Below are positions 48,651-61,919 of a DNA stretch of 64,000 nt, in pieces. The translations under genes and the position numbers were made by a program. How positions within the stretch are numbered: the first letter of the stretch is position 1; each line of letters opens with the position of its first letter. The notes under the pieces are model-generated. The model was not told the origin of the DNA and searched no databases. It saw only the letters and a list, made by a program, of their open reading frames with translations. The stretch is from Squalus acanthias (taxonomy: Eukaryota), in the NCBI GenBank assembly GCA_030390025.1, contig CM059431.1, positions 105,898,001 to 105,962,000 of the forward strand, read 5' to 3'.

Positions 48651-49429
48651 TTAAGATACTCATATCAAATTTCTCTCTCTATTTTAATGGAGATGTTAAC
48701 CAGTGTGATGGATCAGAGATCTCTCTTGATTTCAATTATGAAAGATGACAAGGCAATTTATGCACCCATCACTTGAGCTGGCAGCCACATTCATGGAGAA
48801 TGCCTCACAAGCAGCCCATCATTTTTCTGCCCATTGCAAACAATGGAATGAAAATGGCAGGCTGCCTACCTGTGATTTCCCCGATGGGCTCCTCCAAGCA
48901 TGGTTCACAGCTGAGTGTGAAGGGTTGTGGAATTGCCCCTTACAGTTTTTTGTGTGTGTTTCCTTATGGAAATTGATAACTGGGCAGTATTGTGCCAAGC
49001 TTAAAGTGTTTCTTTTTCATATTTAAGATTTGAATATGTTGTTTTTCCAACGAATGATGATTTTAGCAAAGTTACCAGTAACACGCCCTACGCAGGATAG
49101 GACTTTCATAGTGATAAAATTCAGCAGCCCTCAACCAGGACAATAGTCACACAGCCACTATGCTGGTCCACCAGAATATCCAATTTCACTCAAACATTTC
49201 AACACGGGTGTTGGTCCAAATTAAGAGTCTCCCTTCCAAACTCTGAGACCTTTGAGAGAATTTATTGTTTTGTAACAGATTCTGTGAGGTAAATGAATTG
49301 ATTGATCCACCTACTGTCATTTGACTTTTGCTCAACCTCATGTATGAACATATGAACAATGACGGACAGGTAAAGACACTCTGGTCCAACGAAACTGTCC
49401 CACACAATTGCGATATCTTGTGTATCACA

Positions 49430-50480
49430 ATATATACACTCTCCACCCCACCTGAAACCATGGGATCTCCTGAGAGAGACAAAAAAAAAGATAAAAACCC
49501 AGGCTAATTTGGGGGGAAAATATCTGGGAAGTTCCTCTCCGACCCATCTAGGCGATGGAAACTAGTCCAGGAGATCACTCTGGCCCTGAATTCCCTGCAG
49601 TGCCTACCCTTCTGTAAGAGGTGATCTCCGCCCCAGCCAGACACAGGTCCAGCTCTCGCTTGAAGGAATTCAGCGAGTCCGCGTCCACCGCACAAGATGG
49701 CAGCCTGTTCCAGAGGTCCACTATTCTCTGGGAAAAGAACCACCTCCTGACATCTAACCTCGATCTGGCCTTAAACAATGTAAATTTGCGACCCCTGGTC
49801 CTCCCTAACCTATTTAACTGAATCAAACTGTCAACTGGAACACAATCTATTCCATTCATTATCTTATAAACCTCAATCAGATTACCCCTAAGTCTACGCT
49901 TCTCTAAAGTGTAGAGTCCAAATCTTTTAGCCTATCCTGATAACTAAGATGCTTTAAACTGGGAATTAGTCTAGTGGCTCCTCCTCTGCACCCTTTTCAA
50001 AACCCCAATATCACCCACCATGTGAGGAGACCTAAATTGGACATAGTATACCAAGTGCGGCCTGCCTAAGGTCTTGTACAAGGACAAAATAGTATGCCTT
50101 GTCTTGTACTCAATTGTCCTATGAATACATCCCAACACCCTAGTTGCTCTAGCTATCGCTTCATGGCATTGCTCATATACCTTTAGAGATGAATGCACTA
50201 GAAGGCCCAAATCTCTTTGTATCTCCACCTTCTTTAATTCTTTTCCCTGAAGGGCGTATGAATGTTGAATATTTTCCCCTGCCCACATGCATAACACTGC
50301 ACTTATCCGAGTTATACATCACTTGCTATTCATGAGCCCAATCTCCCAACACATTAAGATCTGCCTGAAGCAGACGAGCATCGTCTACAGTCCTAACCCC
50401 ACTCGCACAGATTTGAGTATCATCTGCAAATTTGAAGATCGTGCTCCCAACACCTACATCCAGATCATTAATAAAAATAG
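49430..50480 (-). mobile_element. CR1 LINE of a second family, 5'-truncated
   Basis: Minus-strand ORFs contain QRDLGLLV..LYKTLGRPHLVYYVQFRSP and RTRG..RRWFFSQRIVDLWNRLP. The 3' UTR differs from the other CR1 copies. Confidence 0.87.
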
Positions 50481-50817
50481 TAATTTATAATCGTGGTGTG
50501 CGATGCAGATCTAAGGCAATGCTATTTTTTTGTCAGTCAGAGAAGTGTGTAGTGGTTTGAGTTTATATTGGTATTGGATATATATTTGAAAAGGAAACAT
50601 TTGCAGGGCTATGGGGAAGGAGCAGCGGGGTGGGGCTAATTTGACAGCTTTTTATAAAGAGCCAGCACAGGCACAATGGGCTGAATGGCCTCCTTCTATG
50701 TTGTATGAGTCTGTTTATCATACTTTCTGCATAAGGTCTCATTTCAGTTCATGGGCTGTTTGGGTTTGTCGTTTGATGTGGTCCTTTGTGGGCATAAAAA
50801 CAAATATTTTGGATTGC

Positions 50818-51160
50818 CTGTGGCTCAGTGGGTAGCACATTCGCCTCTGCGTCAGAGGTTGTGGGTTCAAGTCCCACGCCTTGGACTTGAGCATATAAAG
50901 CTAGGCTGACACTCCAGTGCAGTACTGAAGGAGTGCTGCACTGTCGGAGGTGCCGTCTTTCGGATGAGACGTTAAACTGAGCCCCCGTCTGCTCCCTCAG
51001 GTGGACGTAAAAGATCCCATGGCACTATTTCGAAGAAGAGCAGGGGAGTTCTCCCCGGTGTCCTGGCCAATATTTGTCCCTCCAACAACATAACAGAAAC
51101 AGATTATCTGGTCATTATCACATTGCTGTTTGTGGGAGCTTGCTGTGCGCAAAATTAGCT
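50818..51160 (+). mobile_element. Deu-domain SINE, 3'-truncated
   Basis: Box A/B head and Deu core. Confidence 0.9.
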
Positions 51161-51459
51161 GAGAAAGGAATTTGTCACAGCAAGTTAAGTGTTCACACTA
51201 TAATATCAGTGACAATAATTTGTCTCCTCATATTGATTAAGCTGGAAGTTGCTTTAGTATGTTATTTTAGTTTAGGGCATTGCTATATCTGTTTTGTAAC
51301 AGCGAGCAGAAGTGTGTCTTAGCAACTGTCCATTCATGTAAATAATGTGATAGTACAAAACTTCGCCTAAATAAAATCTCAGCATTGTGGTGAGTTTCTA
51401 AAAGTTTTTTTTTTACAGATACTGCTTCTATCAAATTCAGGAGGTTAGCCAGGGCATGG

Positions 51460-54400
51460 AAAAGAAAGAAAGACTTGCATTTACATAGCACCTTTCACGA
51501 CCACCAGATGTCTCAAAGCGCTTTACAGCCAATGAAGTACTTTTGAAGGATATTAGCTCTGATGATGTGGAATCTGTATGGGTAGAGCTGAGAAATACCA
51601 TGGGGCAGAAAACGTTAGTGGAAGTTGTATACAGACCCCCAAACAGTAATGGTAAGGTTGGGGATGGCATTAAACGGGAAATTAGAGATGCATGCAATAA
51701 GGGCACAGCAGTTATCATGGGTGACTTTCATCTACATATAGATTGGGCTAACCAAATTAGTAACAATACTGTGGAAGAGGAATTCCTAGAGTGTATACAG
51801 GATGGTTTCCTGGACCAATATGTCGAGGAACCAACTAGAGATCAGGCCATCTTAGACTGGGTATTATGTAATGAGAAAGGATTAATTAGCAATCTTGTTG
51901 TGTGAGGCCCCTTGGGGAGGAGCGATCATTATATGATAGAATTCTTCATTAAGACGGAGAGTGAAGTAGTAGTTGAATCACAGACTAGGGTACTGAATTT
52001 AAATAAAGGAAACTACGATGGTATGAGGCGCGAGTTGGCTAGGATGGATTGGGGAATGTTACTTAAAGGGTTGACGGTGGATAGGCAATGGCAAACATTT
52101 AAAGATCGCATGGATGAACTACAGAATTTGTTCATCCCAGTTTGGCATAAAAATAAAACAAAAAAGGTGACTCAACCATGGCTAACAAGGGAGATTAGGG
52201 ATAGCATAAGATCCAAGTAGAGGACATACAAATTGGCTTGAAAAAGCAGCAAACCTGAGGATTGGGAGCAGTTTAGCATTTAACAAAGGAGGACAAAGGG
52301 ATTAATTAAGAGGGGGAAAATAGAATATGAGAGTAAGCTTTCAGGGAACATAAAAACTGATTGTAAAAGCTTCTATAGATATGTGAAGAGAAAAAGATTG
52401 GTGAAGTCAAGCATAGGACCCTTGCAGTCAGAATCAGGGGAATTTATAATGGGGAACAAAGAAATGGCAGACCAATTAAATACATACTTTGGTTCTGTCT
52501 TCACAAAGGAGGACACAAATAAACTCCCAGAGATGTCGGGGAACATAGGGTCTAATGAGAGGGAGGAATTGAATGAAATCAGTATTTGTAGGGAAATGGT
52601 GTTAGGGAAATTGATGGAATTGAAGGCCAATAAATCCCCAGGGCCTGATAATCTACATCCTTGGGTACTTAAGGAAGTGGCCCTAGAAATAGTAGATGCA
52701 TTGGTGGTCATCTTCCAAAATTCTATAGACTCTGGAACAGTTCCCATGGATTGGAGGGTAGCTAATGTAAACCCACTATTTAAAAAAGGTGGTAGAGAGA
52801 AAACGGGGAATTATAGACCAGTAAGCCTGACATCGGTAGTGGGGAAAATGCTAGAGTCCATTATAAAAGATGTAATAGCAGAGCACTTGGAAAACAGTGA
52901 CAGGATTGGACAAAGTCAACATGGATTTACAAAAGGTAAATCATGCTTGACTAATCTACTGGAATTTTTTGAGGATGTAACTGGTAGAATAGATAAGGGA
53001 GAACCAGTGGATGTGCTGTATTTGGACTTTCAGAAGGCTTTCGATAAGGTCCCGCATAAGAGATTAGCGTGCAAAGTTAAAGCACATGGGATTGGGGGTA
53101 AGGTACTGATTTGGATAGAAAACTGGTTGGCAGACAGGAAGCAAAGAGTTGGAATAAACGGGTCTTTTTCCGAGTGGCAGGCAGTGACTAGTGGGGTACC
53201 GCAGGGATCGGTGCTAGGACCCCAGTTATTCATATATATTAATGATCTAGATGAGGGAACTAGAAGTAATATCTCCAAGTTTGCAGACGACACAAAGCTG
53301 GGTGGGCGTGTGTGTTGTGAGGAGGATGCAGAGAAACTCCAGTATGATTTGGACAGGTTGGGTGATTGGGCAGATGCATGGCAGATGCAGTATAATGTGG
53401 ATAAATGCGAGGTTATCCACTTTGGTGGCAAAAACAGGAAGGCAGATTATTATCTGAACGGCAATAGATTGGGAAAAGGGGAAGTGCAACGAGACCTGGG
53501 TGTCCTTGTGCACCAGTCGCTGAAGGTAAGCATGCAGGTGCAGCAGGCGGTTAAGAAGGCAAATGGTATGTTGGCCTTCATAGCGAGAGGATTCGAGTAC
53601 AGGAGCAAGGATGTCTTGCTGCAGTTGTACAGGGCCTTGGTGAGACCACACCTTGAGTATTGTGTGCAGTTTTGGTCGCCTTATCTGAGGAAGGATGTTC
53701 TTGCCATGGAGGGAGTGCAGCGAAGATTCACCAGACTGATACCTGGGATAGCAGGAATGACGTATGAAGAGAGATTGGGTCGATTAGGCTTATACTCGCT
53801 AGAGTTTAGAAGAATGTGAGGGGATCTCATTGAAACTTATAAAATTCTAACAGGACTAGACAGACTAGATGCAGGAAGGCTGTTCCCAATGGTGGGGGAG
53901 TCCAGAACCAGGGGTCACAGTCTAAGGATAAGGGGTAAGCCATTTAGGACAGAGATGAGGAGGAATTTCTTCACCCAGAGAGTGGTGAACCTGTGAAATT
54001 CTCTACCACAGAAGGCAGTTGAGGCCAATTCATTAAATATATTCAAGAAGGAGTTAGATATATTTCTTAAGGCTAAGGGGATCAAGGGATATGGGGAGAA
54101 AGCAGGGACAGGGTACTGAATTTGGATGATCAGCCATGATCGCATTGAATGGCGGAGCAGGCTCGAGGGGCCGAATGGCCTACTCCTGCTCCTATCTTCT
54201 ATGTTTCTATGTTTCTATGAAGTGAAGTCACTGTTGTAATGTGGGAAACGCGGCAGCCAATTTGAGCACAGCAAGCTCCCACAAACAGCGATGTGATAAT
54301 GACCAGATAATCTGTTTTTGTTATGTTGGTTAAGGGATAAATATTGGCCAGGACACCGGGGATAACTCCCCTGCTCTTCTTCAAAATAGTGCCATGGGAT

Positions 54401-54605
54401 CTTTTACATCCTCCTGAGAGGGCAGACAGGGCCTCGGTTTAACGTCTCATCTGAAAGATGGCACCTCCAACAGTGCAGCACTCCCTCAGCACTGCACTGG
54501 GAGTGTCAGCCTAGATTTTATGTGCTCAAGTCCCTGGAGTGGGACTTGAACCCACAACCTTCTGACTCAGAGGCGAGGATGCTACCCACTGAGCCACAGC
54601 TGACA
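51460..54605 (-). mobile_element. Full-length Deu-domain SINE split by a CR1 (pieces 51460-51548 and 54219-54605)
   Basis: The two pieces join at aagtacttttTGAAG|tgaagtcactg, with TGAAG duplicated. Confidence 0.88.
51549..54218 (+). mobile_element. CR1 LINE, 2.7 kb, 5'-truncated, with a disrupted ORF2 (endonuclease C-terminus and reverse transcriptase)
   Basis: VIMGDF, ILDWVL and SDH endonuclease motifs. The ORF 52383-53819 contains NYRPVSLTS, YLDFQKAFDKV, GVPQGSVLGP and FADDTKL. In-frame stops are present, and it ends in a (tatgtttc)n tail. Confidence 0.97.
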
Positions 54606-55310
54606 GATTCAGATTCCAGCTGGAGTTACTGTTGATAAACATTTTTTGCAAACCTCATCTGATGCTTTCACATCACAAGACAGGGACGGACTCGGGATAA
54701 AAAGCATGACTTCTTTTTAAAAAGAAAGACCTCTGGCATTTGCTTACGTTCCTGGAAATTTCTGAATAGCCCACTCAAAGACTGGTCTGTTTGGGTCAAA
54801 ATCAAACGAGATGATGTGACTTTAGCTTTGTTTTACTTCACTTTTTTTGTCCGATAATTTGATTCAATTGCGCAAGAGGTGGTTCATCTAGGGCAGCAAG
54901 CATTCAGGCTGGTGAAGTCATGCTTTGTGTCATCCAGTTCCTCTGCTTTGTTGATGACGCCGCCTCGCATTGTCAATTAAGTCTCTTGCTGGCAGAACAG
55001 GATAGAGTGGGGTGAGGAAAGAGAAAGCCAAATCACCAGTTCGCTGGTTTTGTCAGCAGGGGAGTAAAATCACAATGGACGGAGCTGCCTTTGAAAGTGG
55101 CTCTGTGCTATAAGTGAGGCTGGTGAGGTGATGCCTCTCCTTGTTCTGCCTGTTTCTGAGTTGCTTCTTATTATTGAATCGTCTTTCCAGCAACAGCCTT
55201 ACTTTGTGAGGTTTAGGGCTTGTAAATCTGGGATCTTGTATTCCAGGAACCCACGAATCCCCAGCATTTTCACAACCTCGAAATTGCAACTTAAAAGTCC
55301 CGGGGGGGGG

Positions 55311-56044
55311 GGGGGTGAAATTCGTTGCCTTTGCGCCTCCCGTTAGTGCCCCGCTAATGGGGCGCAAATGGCTTTGCGAACGGGCGCAGCACTGACATCG
55401 GCTCCCGCTTATATTTGGCAGGAGTTTTACGGCAGGCGCTATGGCATTCTCCTTCGCCTGGAGATCGTGACGTCATCGCCGTGTTCATCGCCCCGGACCC
55501 GAATTTGACTTCCACCCTCTGCAGCAGCGCCGGTCGAAAACACCGACAGCTGCAGGAGGCGCTCATCGGGCGGCCGGCCACTTCGAGGGCGATGATTAAA
55601 GGCGAGGTGGCCGAGGTCAGTGGAAAAAAACTTACCTTTCCTGTACTAGTTTTTTTCGCGGGTTCCTGCCCGCGATCGATCAGCACAGCACACTGCTTGA
55701 GTGCCGGGCTGATCGCGCGGGATCGCGGCTGCCTTGGTGGTCCAGGTAGGTACTTTTTCTATTGCAGAGCCTGCAGCGATGGCCCTTCCCTTTAAGGGAG
55801 GGAAGGAGCCTTTGAACGCGGCAGCGCTGCACGGCCCAGTGTGCAGCGCTGCTGAAGTCTCCGCCCCACTCTCCAACGTTAGCACCCTAAGAAGGAAGTG
55901 TGGTGCTTGATTTAATGCTCCACTTCCCTCTTGGGGCGCTAAAACTCAATTTCGCCATCGCCAGTGTCAATTAGTGTTGGGCGCTAAAGTTAGCGCCCAG
56001 GCGGTGTTAGCACCCCAAAATGTTCGATACCAAATTTTCCCCCC
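55311..56044. mobile_element. Family B PIF/Harbinger-like MITE, copy 3 (opposite orientation)
   Basis: Ends GGGGGTGAAATT / AAATTTTCCCCCC. The right end is the reverse complement of the 47954 left end. Confidence 0.77.
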
Positions 56045-56177
56045 TTGGGATGTTATGAGCGACCTGAGAGGAAGAATGACTGGGTCTTGTTTTTTTCCCT
56101 CGTGACTTACTCACCTCACATGCTGTACTTCCCTCACTGGTCGTTGGCCAATGTTTAATGTATGTGCCCAAGAGAAG

Positions 56178-56638
56178 CAAAGAAAGAAAGACTTGCATTT
56201 CTATAGCACCTTTCACGACCTCAGGACCAAAGTGCTTTACAGCCAATGAAATACGTTTGAAGTGCAGTCACTGTTGTAATCTGGGAAACGCGGCAGCCAA
56301 TTCGCGCACAGCAAGCTCCCACATAGAGCAATGTGCTGCTGATCAGACAATCTGGTTTTCAGTGATGTTGGTTGAGAGATAAATATTGGTCAGGACATCG
56401 GGGAGAACTCCCCTGCTCTTTTTCAAAATAGTGCTATGGGATCTTTTACATCTGCCTGAGAGAGTAGATGATTTAACGTCTCATCTGAAAGACAGCACCT
56501 CCAACAGTGCAACACTCCCTCAACACTGCACTGGAGTGTCACCCTAGATTTTTGTGCTCAAGTCTCTGGAGTGGGATTGTGAACCCACAACCTTCTGACT
56601 CAGAAGCAAGAGTGCTACCAACTGAGCCACGGTTGACA
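56178..56638 (-). mobile_element. Deu-domain SINE, full length
   Basis: Reverse complement of the complete SINE. Confidence 0.92.
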
Positions 56639-56684
56639 CCTTAGACAAGGATGAGAAGAGTTTCAGTAAGACAGGATGCTAGAA

Positions 56685-57115
56685 GATCACAGAATAGTTA
56701 AAGCACGAAGAAGGCCATTCGGCCCATCGAGCCCGTGCCGGCTCTCTGCAAGAGCACTTCAGCTAGTCCCACTCACCCGCCCTTTCCCCGTAACCCTGCA
56801 AATTTCTTTCCTTCGGGTACTTATCCAACTCCCTTTTGAAAGCCACGATTTAATCTGCCACCACCACCCGTTCAGGCAGTGCATTCCAGATCATAACCAC
56901 TCGCTGCATAAAAAATGTTTTTCCTCATGTCGCCTTTGGTTCTTCTGCCAATCACCTTACATCTGTGTCCTCTGGTTCTCGACCCTTCCGCCAATGGGAA
57001 CAGTTTCTCTCTATCTACTCTGTCTAGACCCCTCATGACTTTGTACACTCCAAGCAGAACAACCCCAGCTTCTCCATTCTATCCACATAACTGAAGTCCC
57101 TCATCCCTGGAATCA
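56685..57115 (-). mobile_element. CR1 LINE 3' end
   Basis: Reverse complement of the 14030-14490 type 3' end. Confidence 0.85.
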
Positions 57116-57559
57116 TAGTTTCCCTCTGAAGTACAATGATCCAAAATCTACAAAAATATGCAGATGCACTTTTGGTGTTTTGGCAGATGGCTTGCGAATA
57201 GCTGGTGATTCATATTTTTTTCTGTTTGATGAAAATTTAGATTGCTGGAAACTTCCTATTTGAAAAAAAAATCCTCTCAGCCTGAGAAAGCCATGGGAAA
57301 CCGAGACCCTGGAATTTGCGTATCATCTTTAATTAATTTTCACTGAGCAAACAGTTCAATAAATAATTCATGATGCAATGTTTTGCTGGCTTCAATTATT
57401 TCACACAAATTGATTAGCGCGCATCGGCGGTGAAATTTTCCATTTTCGTGCTCGCTGGGGGGGCCAAAGCTCCGAGGAAAGATTCCCACCGGAAGTGTGA
57501 AGTTGTCAAATGTGCCCATCGGAGCACAGCCATAATGTGCAGTAAACCTTTCAGTTCAG

Positions 57560-57716
57560 AAAGGAAAAGACTTGCATTTATACAGCGCCTTTCACGACCG
57601 CCGGACATCTCAAAGCGCTTTACAGCCAATGAAGTACTTTGGTTGTGCAGTCACTGTTGTAATGTAGGAAACGCAGCAGCCATTTTGCACACAGCAAGCT
57701 CCCACAAACAGCAATG
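57560..57716 (-). mobile_element. Deu-domain SINE, 3' fragment
   Basis: Tail and 3' core. Confidence 0.87.
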
Positions 57717-58214
57717 TTGGGTTTATGAAGCATATCCCTGTCCTTTTTGCTTCAGCGTCATTCTTGTCTAGTTTGACATTTTTCTTTTTTAAATGCTGAG
57801 GGATGGGGCTGGAAAAAGTCCTCAAATCCTGTGAGGAATTGAAGTCTTTTTCCTAAAACATTAGGTGGTGCCTGGCCTGGGATCCAGCAGATGGATGCTT
57901 GCCCCTTGTGCCAGGATCGGAGACCCATTGATGTTCAGGCTCAACACCTTGCTACTGACATTTTAAGCTGTACATGATGAGTCATTCTGATTGCAACACT
58001 TACTTTGAAACCAATTAACAAGGTACCATTTTGCTAAGACACAACACCATGATTTGAGGAGAGCGCGAGAATGATCAGTTAATGTGAACCTACAGCACAG
58101 TAGGGTCGAGTGGGGCTGATTCCACCTTATTTCGCGGCATTAGGGGCTGAACGGTTACTTAGCTTCACCCAGCTTCATGGGGACAATCGCTTCTCCTTTT
58201 AAGGAGCAGGATTG

Positions 58215-58916
58215 ATGGTCCTCAGAAAGGTCCCACAAGTTCCGAGCTTCCGCATGCGCGAAAACCTGCAACTCATGATCTGTCTAGTTTCTCCTCGACA
58301 GATCGTCCGCACGCGCCCAAAAACACATTCGCTGCCGTTGAGTCGGGGCTATTTGCCCAACTACTGCCTAGCGAATACCCACCAAACCCTCACGCCTGGT
58401 AAAAGCAGGTGCAGGGCCTGCTTTTACCAGAGTAAGGATTAAAATAAATGTTAAATTCAAATTTTAATAATGATTAAAACATACAAAAACATTTAAAATT
58501 AGTTCATGTAAATTTTGGGCCGGGTTTTATTATTTTTCAAACAATTACATTTTTATTTTAAATGCTTAATCAAAGGGACTTTTAATTAATTTTGAACATG
58601 GGAATATTTATTTTTATCGGAATTGTGTTTTATTTGGGGATTTCTCATAAGCTTATGGGGATTCCGTACGTAAATGGAATCCCCATAAGCCTATGAGGAA
58701 TCCCTCCATTCTAAGGTGGTTGGCCTAGCTCACGTGATCCCAGGGATGCTGCCGAACCGCCCGCGTCCCTGGGATCGGTGGGCCTTTACGCAGGCGCGCG
58801 CCCGCAGGCCCGGGACCCGAAGACCCTGAAGCTCCGGAGACACCAGGCACTTTCTGATTCTTTTTCGGGTCGGAGGAGCACTCTGGAGGTAGGCCTCTGA
58901 CCGCACATTCAGGGCC
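58215..58916. mobile_element. Subfamily A2 TIR transposon; left end degraded
   Basis: Right end CATTCAGGGCC-ATT. Reverse-complement similarity to 45020-45769. Confidence 0.72.
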
Positions 58917-59204
58917 ATTATTTCACACACAGACATCAATTGATCATTTTTTAAAGACCACCACAGCACTGCTGACCTTTACTATTATTATCTGTCAGCA
59001 AAGTAACTCCAATGGGTCGACCATAAGTTCATTAGATCTTCCAACTCGACCACCAAGAAGCTGCTGAGGATAGGTGCGTGGTGACTTCATGCCACATATG
59101 TTGCCTTCCGTGGATGTGTGGTCTATGTTGCTGAGCCACAAAAACTTGCTGCAGTCCTATCTAAACTCGGCTAAGCTGCAGTCAGATCCGTGACTCGCTA
59201 CATC

Positions 59205-59805
59205 GTCCCCGATATTAATAGGGAGCCATGGAAGGAAGCGAGGGACGCGGAGGCCTCGCCGATCTTAATGGCAGGACCTCATGGACATATTGTCGGGCCG
59301 CCTCCCGGCCAAGGGGACAGCCTGACCGCCGGGCGGGAGGCAACACTGGTGGCAGGAGGCCGCGGCACATTGGAGATGGTCCCTGGCACTGGGAAGGGAG
59401 CTCCAGGCAGCGATCAAGAGAGGTGGGGAGGGAGGCCGGCGATCGGAAGGGCTTGCGGTGGGAGGGAGGCTAAGTGGGGTGAGGCTGAAGGCTTCCTTGA
59501 GGGTCCTGGGAGGGAGCACTCCCGCTCCTCCTGGCTCACAATGAGTGCCAAAAGAGACGCTTACTTTGGCGAGCTGGCAGCTTCTGCCTCAGATCAGCTG
59601 CCAGGGATTCCACAGCTCTGTACTCCCCCACACGCATTATCCTGCCCACACCCCCCCCCCCCCCCCCCCGGCCAAGCGGGATCCCCCTCTATGGCCTGAT
59701 TCCTGCACTTTAACACTTAAAGGGGTGGAAACGCGATCGGGTTGCCCGATCCTGACATTTTAATCCCCAATGGGTGGCCGAGGGTCGGAGGTTAAATCGA
59801 AGCCA
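59205..59805. mobile_element. GC-rich Harbinger-like non-autonomous element, degenerate
   Basis: CpG-rich island with ends ccccgatattaa / ttaaatcgaagcc, in the style of the other MITEs. Confidence 0.4.
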
Positions 59806-60214
59806 TAGTTTCGGTGAGACTACCAATCCATTCCTTCTGAGTTACAGGGGTGCGTGAACTGACATATGGGAGCGCTCCCATTTATACTGAGGGGAGGTCT
59901 CACCAGCAGGGGGGAGAAACAACATTGACAAAACGTGGCCTCCCATCTGTGTCTAGTCTTTCTGACCCTACCTTTGCTGCAAAGAAGCATTTTCTGGAGC
60001 ATCCACCAGTGCTCTGACTCTTTTGTCCAACAGTATAAAACTGAAATGTGTTTCCCCACATTACAACAGTGACTGTACTTCAAAAGTACTTCATTGGCTG
60101 TTAAGCACTGAGTTCATGGAAGCCATTATATAAATGCAAGTTATTTCATTCTTAAATGTTTAAAAAAATGTTCAGGTCAAAAAAAGCATAGATTGAATGC
60201 AAAGGTGGAAGTGT

Positions 60215-60605
60215 CTCCACCAGCGCACCATGGCTGCAGTGTGTACCATCTACAAGATGCACTGCAGTAACTCGCCAAGGCTTCTTCGGCAGCACCTCCC
60301 AAACCCGCGACCTCTGCCACCTAGAAGAACAAGGGCAGCAGGCGCGTGGGAACACCACCACCTCCAAGTTCCGCTCCAAGTCACACACCATCCTGACTTG
60401 GAAGTATATCGCCATTCCTTCATCGTCGCTGGGTCAAAATCCTGGAATTCCCTCCCTAACAGCACTGTGGGAGTACCTTCACCACATGGACTGCAGCGGT
60501 TCAAGAAGGCGGCTCACCACCACCTTCTCAAGGGCAACTAGGGATGGGCAATAAATGCCGGCCTTGCCAGCGACGCCCACATCCCGTGAATGAATTGAAA
60601 AAAAA
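60215..60605 (+). mobile_element. LINE 3' end (CR1/Jockey group, a family distinct from the main CR1)
   Basis: LHQRTMAAVCTIYKMHC...SFIVAGSKSWNSLP...LQRFKKAAHHHLL, followed by a short UTR with AATAAA and an A-rich tail. Confidence 0.8.
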
Positions 60606-61527
60606 TCTAAATAGAATTCAACTGCATCTCTGTAGAACCAACTCAGCTCTCGTCATTTCAGTGGGTTTTCAATCTTTCCGTTTTCTCAGAGATGTTGGCA
60701 ATGATCTAAGTTTGGCGGCTACTATCAGTGTAGCATTGGTAATGAAACAAACCGCTGGGAGCTTCGAGTTTTCATACCAGTCGTGGGAGCGTACCTTTAC
60801 ATCCCACAAACACGAGCAGGCTCTACGCCACAATCACGATTCAGCGCTCTTAATATATAAAAAGCAGCAACTGACATATCAGCTTGGCAAATCTTTACAT
60901 CACATCTTCTTCACCACTTAATAAGTGTACATTTCATTTCCAGCTGAGGCATTTGCTTAATCCCAGTGTTCTTCGCTGCATCAGGAAAAGGTGCATGTAA
61001 TAAAGCAACAAGTCTGACTCTGATGGCCGCAAATCCAAATATTCAAATTATATTTTAATTATAAAAGGACAAAGTTCCGCCTGCACCCTTCTCAAACAAA
61101 GAATATTTACATTTGAAAATCAGTAATTAGAAGGCACGTCATGCTTTGAAATTTGCAGAGATTGAAGCTGATTATGGCATCGACCTCTTCAACTCAATTG
61201 AAAAAAGTGCCGTAAAAATGTCAGAACTGAATATCTTCAGCAATGCAGATACCTTTCAAAAAGTTAAATCATCCCTTTGTATTACGCATGAGTGCCAGAA
61301 TGTGCACTGCAGGACAAGAGTACAGGGAAAGGCATCGACTGGGACAATCAAAATACTCTGTGGATGGCAATGGTTTCTGTGCAGATGGAGCAAGAGGGAG
61401 GAGCCGAGCGGGCCAGGTTAAAATAGCGATGCAAGGATCGATGAATAGTCTGCAGACTTGCTTGACAACGTCTGTGGGTCAGAGAGTTTTCAAATACAAA
61501 ACTTACCCGCAGGAGATTAGACGGGTA

Positions 61528-61695
61528 CAAAAGTTCCCACTAAGCCGTGCGGCTGCGCTATGATAGGAAAGGTCCTGCGTAGGCCACTCTCCGGCTTTTC
61601 CACTGTAAATACCGCACGTACGCTGAAACTTAAAGGGACCGCGCATTGAAAGAAGCAGGCCGTGCAGAATAAAGCGCAGCTCACTGAGGACACTG
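61528..61695. mobile_element. Short hAT-like MITE (family C)
   Basis: Collinear with 42632-42777. Approximate TSD GACGGGTA/GGTGGGTA. Confidence 0.7.
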
Positions 61696-61919
61696 GGTGG
61701 GTAACGTTGTCTTTGATAGAGTAGACTATGCATGATGCCGTGGGTATCGTGGGACAAATAGCTTGCTCAGTCCACGCTTCTCCATGGTCTTCCACCTCTC
61801 CTGTACGTAGCGCATTCACAAACCCGCACACATAATTAAAACAGCATGTGGCAAACTGGTTTCCACCTGATCATCAACAAATTTTATGTTCATCGACGCT
61901 TCCCAAACTACTTGATCAC

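Noticed and set aside
52383..53819. 478-aa ORF as a host gene or active reverse transcriptase
   Set aside because: It is part of a 5'-truncated CR1 ORF2 with in-frame stops upstream and downstream. It lacks ORF1 and the endonuclease N-terminus.
59190..59699. 169-aa GC-rich ORF, and similar ORFs at 15577, 44930 and 55415
   Set aside because: These are low-complexity open frames caused by high GC inside MITE-like repeats, with no domain motifs.
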